Below are positions 60,612 through 64,000 of a DNA stretch of 64,000 bases, piece after piece (the first letter of the stretch is position 1; each line of letters begins with the position of its first letter). The translations under genes and the position numbers were made by a program. The notes below the pieces were generated by a model, which was not told the DNA's origin, did not search any database, and saw only the letters and a program-made list of their open reading frames with translations. The DNA is from Desulfatiglandales bacterium (GTDB lineage: Bacteria > Desulfobacterota > DSM-4660 > Desulfatiglandales > HGW-15): the NCBI GenBank assembly GCA_963667015.2, contig CAXXJJ010000004.1, positions 3,232,001-3,296,000 of the forward strand, given 5' to 3'.

Positions 60612-63375
60612 AATTAATGAAGAGAAATCCTTAAAAACTAAAAGTAACCCTCTACAGGCAACAAAAAGGAAATACTGCCTTACTCTCTTGTTTTTTCTGG
60701 CATTACTGCCAGCAATATTCTCCTGCCCGCTTCAGTCTTTTGGACAGGATAAAGGGACAGTTGCGGTCCTGCCATTTAAAATAGAACCTGCAGAAACTGC
60801 AGGAAACCTGAATACAACCCTGCAGGAAATATTTTCCCAACAGCTGACTAAACTGGGCTATAAGGTATTAAATACCGAAATGATTAACGCCATACTTGGT
60901 GATACCGTTTCATTCTCAGCCCCTGAAAAGAACATCATACCTTTCGCCAAAACCAATAATGCCGACTGGATCGTCATGGGGGAAATAACAGAAAAAGAAG
61001 GCAGCATTCAATTGGATGTAAAGGGTTTAGACACTGCATCTGCAAAGACTCCATTTTCCGTTATGATGGTTGCAAAGGACAGAGAAAGCCTTCCCGAATC
61101 AATTAAAAAAATAGCCGAAAGCCTGGGATCCCAGATAAAAAATAACATCATTATATCGGAAATAATTGTCAAAGGCAGCAAACGGGCAAGTGAAGACGCT
61201 ATACGGAACATTATAGAAAGCCAGAAGGGCGATCCCTTTGATGCGGAAAAGCTGGATAGAGACCTGCGGACCATTTACAGGATGGGATTTTTTGAGGATA
61301 TGAATTATGATTATTCCGACACCCCGAACGGCAGGGCAGTTACCTTTAACCTTGTTGAAAAGCCAACTATTATAGGAATAACCTTTGAAGGCAATAAATA
61401 TAAGAAAGAGGAGAAACTCACAGAAGAACTGGGAATGAGGAAATATTCGGCCCTTAACCGAAATGAAGTTAAGCAGAGCGTTAACAGGCTTCTGGAATTC
61501 TACAGAAATGACGGATATTACAATGTTGAAATAAAACCACAGGTCAAGACTCTTGAAGATGAAAATGAGGTAATCCTTAATTATGTGATAAAGGAAGGCG
61601 AAAAGGTATATATAAAAGACATAGTGTTTAGAGGGAACAATGTATTTGATGACGATGATCTTAAAGATATCATGCTCACAAAAGAAAAGGGATGGCTTAC
61701 ATGGTTTACGGATTCGGGGGTGCTTGACAAGAGTAAACTGGAGTTCGACCTTCAGAGAATAAGGATTTTTTATGATAATCACGGTTATATCAAGGCGCAG
61801 GTAGGTGAACCTGAAATAACCTATGATGAAGAGGAAGATGGACTTATATTAACTATCAATATTGTTGAAGAAGAGCAGTATATGGTTAATGATGTTATCA
61901 TTGAAGGAGACCTCCTGAGACCTGCAGAGGTTCTCCGCACCCTTCTCCCCATCAAAAAAGGCGATCCCTTCAGCCGCCAGGTAATATACACCGAAAAACA
62001 GAATATCCTGGATCTGTATGCTGATCTGGGGTATGCCTATGCAGAGGCAATCCCTTCATCAAGTGATATAGAGGGCACGAACCTTGTAAATGTTATTTTA
62101 AACATAAAGAAAAATAAAAGGGTTAGGATTGAAAGAATCAATATATATGGAAACGAGATAACCCAGGACAAGGTACTTAGAAGAGAACTCTTACTTGCCG
62201 AAGGTGACTATTTCAGCAGAATAAAACTTGAAGGAAGCAAGGCAAGGCTTGAACGTATTGAGATCTTTGAAAATCAGGAAGCAAAAATTCGTAAAGGCAG
62301 CAGTGATGACCTGATGATGATCGACATCGGGGGAGAAGAAAAGCTTCGGAGATCCATTTCCTTTTCAGCAGGATATGGGGGTTATGAAAAATTCATGTTT
62401 CAGCTCCAGTATGCAAATAACAATCTCTTCGGCAGGGGACAGAATTTTTCACTTGATGCCCTGTTAGGCGGCACAACAACAAGATTTAATGCCACACTCA
62501 CGGAGCCATGGCTTTTTGATAAACCGGTCAGGGGAACAATAACCGGCTATAAGTGGGACATGGATTATGACGAGTTTACAAGAAAACGTGTGGGAGGCGC
62601 AGGAGGCCTTGGATTTCTCATTGGACTGGATGAGTTTACAAGGGGAACAGTAAATTATTCATATGACAAATCTGAGATAACGGACATCTTTTCAAGCGCA
62701 TCAGATTATATCAAGAACTCGGAAGGAATAACTGTTACGAGCAGTGCGACAATCGGAATAGAGCGCAACAGTAAAAACAGGTGGTGGGATACAAGCAGCG
62801 GATCATTAAATTATTTTACATTTGAGTATGCAGGCGGGTTTCTTGGCGGTAATTCTGCCTTTAATAAATATATCCTCAGTTCAACGTTCTATTTTCCAAT
62901 ATTTAAAAAGACGGTGTTTGTCGTGAGCACTGAACTGGGCCTTGCCCAGGGCAGGTCCGGCGGCAGCCTTGAAGCATGCAAAAATTTTGAATTCAGCTGC
63001 GGACTGCCAATATACGAAAGATTTCTTCTTGGAGGTATTGACTCTGTAAGGGGATATGAATGGGGTTCTATTTCTCCGATTGATGATATAACCCGCAGTC
63101 AGCTGGGCGGTACCAGGAAATGGCTCTATAAGCTTGAATACAGGGTTCCCCTTGTTAAGGGGGAGGGCCTGACCGGGCTTATATTCTTTGATGCAGGCAA
63201 CTCTTTTAACAGGGATATGGACTGGAACGAAGGCGCGGGGAAATCTGTTGGTTTTGGTATAAGGTGGGATTCGCCAATGGGGCCCTTACGGCTTGAATAC
63301 GGGCACAAACTTAAAGACAGCGCGAGCGATCCCGACAGCGGCAGGTTTGAATTTAAGATCAGCGGATCTTACTAA
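60595..63375 (+). CDS. bamA: outer membrane protein assembly factor BamA with extra N-terminal domain
   Basis: POTRA repeats, NLFGRGQ, VRGY, GIRWDSPMGPLRLEYG; GGAG RBS 7 nt before ATG 60595. Confidence 0.95.
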   Translation: MVNYSRINEEKSLKTKSNPLQATKRKYCLTLLFFLALLPAIFSCPLQSFGQDKGTVAVLPFKIEPAETAGNLNTTLQEIFSQQLTKLGYKVLNTEMINAILGDTVSFSAPEKNIIPFAKTNNADWIVMGEITEKEGSIQLDVKGLDTASAKTPFSVMMVAKDRESLPESIKKIAESLGSQIKNNIIISEIIVKGSKRASEDAIRNIIESQKGDPFDAEKLDRDLRTIYRMGFFEDMNYDYSDTPNGRAVTFNLVEKPTIIGITFEGNKYKKEEKLTEELGMRKYSALNRNEVKQSVNRLLEFYRNDGYYNVEIKPQVKTLEDENEVILNYVIKEGEKVYIKDIVFRGNNVFDDDDLKDIMLTKEKGWLTWFTDSGVLDKSKLEFDLQRIRIFYDNHGYIKAQVGEPEITYDEEEDGLILTINIVEEEQYMVNDVIIEGDLLRPAEVLRTLLPIKKGDPFSRQVIYTEKQNILDLYADLGYAYAEAIPSSSDIEGTNLVNVILNIKKNKRVRIERINIYGNEITQDKVLRRELLLAEGDYFSRIKLEGSKARLERIEIFENQEAKIRKGSSDDLMMIDIGGEEKLRRSISFSAGYGGYEKFMFQLQYANNNLFGRGQNFSLDALLGGTTTRFNATLTEPWLFDKPVRGTITGYKWDMDYDEFTRKRVGGAGGLGFLIGLDEFTRGTVNYSYDKSEITDIFSSASDYIKNSEGITVTSSATIGIERNSKNRWWDTSSGSLNYFTFEYAGGFLGGNSAFNKYILSSTFYFPIFKKTVFVVSTELGLAQGRSGGSLEACKNFEFSCGLPIYERFLLGGIDSVRGYEWGSISPIDDITRSQLGGTRKWLYKLEYRVPLVKGEGLTGLIFFDAGNSFNRDMDWNEGAGKSVGFGIRWDSPMGPLRLEYGHKLKDSASDPDSGRFEFKISGSY

Positions 63376-63435
63376 AAAAATAAATAACAGTTTTAAGAGT
63401 TTACAAACATATAAATTTGAAAGGGGATAAACAAC

Positions 63436-63959
63436 ATGAAACAACTAACCGGAAGTATAATCCTTGCACTGGCAATCTTAACATTTCAATTCAGCGCCGG
63501 AGCTGCTGAACCATTAAAGATTGGAGTTCTGGATCTTCAAAGATGCATTCAGGAATCAAACGAAGGTAAAAGAATTGCTGATTCTTTACAGAAAAAACAG
63601 AAGGAAATGGTTGATGATCTGAAGAAAAAGAGCAGGAACTGCGTGATCTACAGGGTGACCTGGAAAAACAGAGCCTCATGATGAGCCCTGATGCAAAGGA
63701 AAGCAAACAGAAGGATTTCGAAAAAAAGCAGCGTGATTACAGTTACAGTGTCCAGTATGTGAGAGAAGATATGCAGAAGGCAGAGAACGATGCCCGTATT
63801 GCTATCCTTAGGGTCCTTTCTGGTGTTGTAGATACTATTGCAAAAGATAAAAAATATGACATGATCGCAGAAAAATCCAACGGCGGTATTCTTTTTGTTT
63901 CCAAGGCACTGGATATAACTGATGAGGTAATCACAGAGCTCAACAAGGTCAAACCATAG
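63436..63959 (+). CDS. skp: OmpH/Skp periplasmic chaperone, interrupted by a frameshift at the A5 run 63625-63629
   Basis: Signal peptide and KIGVLD in first frame, LDITDEVI in second; adding one A gives a 174-aa protein. Confidence 0.88.
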
Positions 63960-64000
63960 CTGCTGCCTGCAGCCTGGTCTACTTTTAAGATTTAATGAGG

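Overview
Bacterial chromosomal window; gene content and order are most consistent with an anaerobic deltaproteobacterium (Desulfobacterota-like; inference). 1-16190 (minus strand) is a division/cell-wall (dcw) cluster: mraZ-rsmH-ftsL-ftsI-murE-murF-mraY-[small ORF]-murD-ftsW-murG-murC-murB-ftsQ-ftsA-ftsZ (5' end only), with no ddl. 16.4-31.2 kb holds a Cys-rich protein/SAM-methyltransferase pair, two sensor kinases, a HelY-like helicase, a YbjT-like oxidoreductase, an exbB-exbD-ftsB-TPR-core methionine synthase operon and a DUF6178-like gene. 31.6-37.8 kb is tig-clpP-clpX-lon, then a partial tRNA-Val copy whose anticodon arm is replaced by a foreign hairpin, then tRNA-Val and tRNA-Asp. 37.9-46.2 kb is an accessory stretch, AT-rich in its first part (hemerythrin, candidate sRNA, integrase-like remnant, small hypotheticals, perR-katG). 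46.6-54.6 kb is a sigma54 response regulator followed by a sigma54-promoter-driven STAS-cheY-cheA-MCP-cheW cluster without cheR/cheB. The window ends with HAD, SDR, copZ, lysS-lolC/E-lolD-bamA-skp. Four apparent single-base indels (murG start, methyltransferase, tRNA-Val anticodon loop, skp) suggest consensus errors in the assembly. All family assignments come from motif recognition by eye, not database searches.
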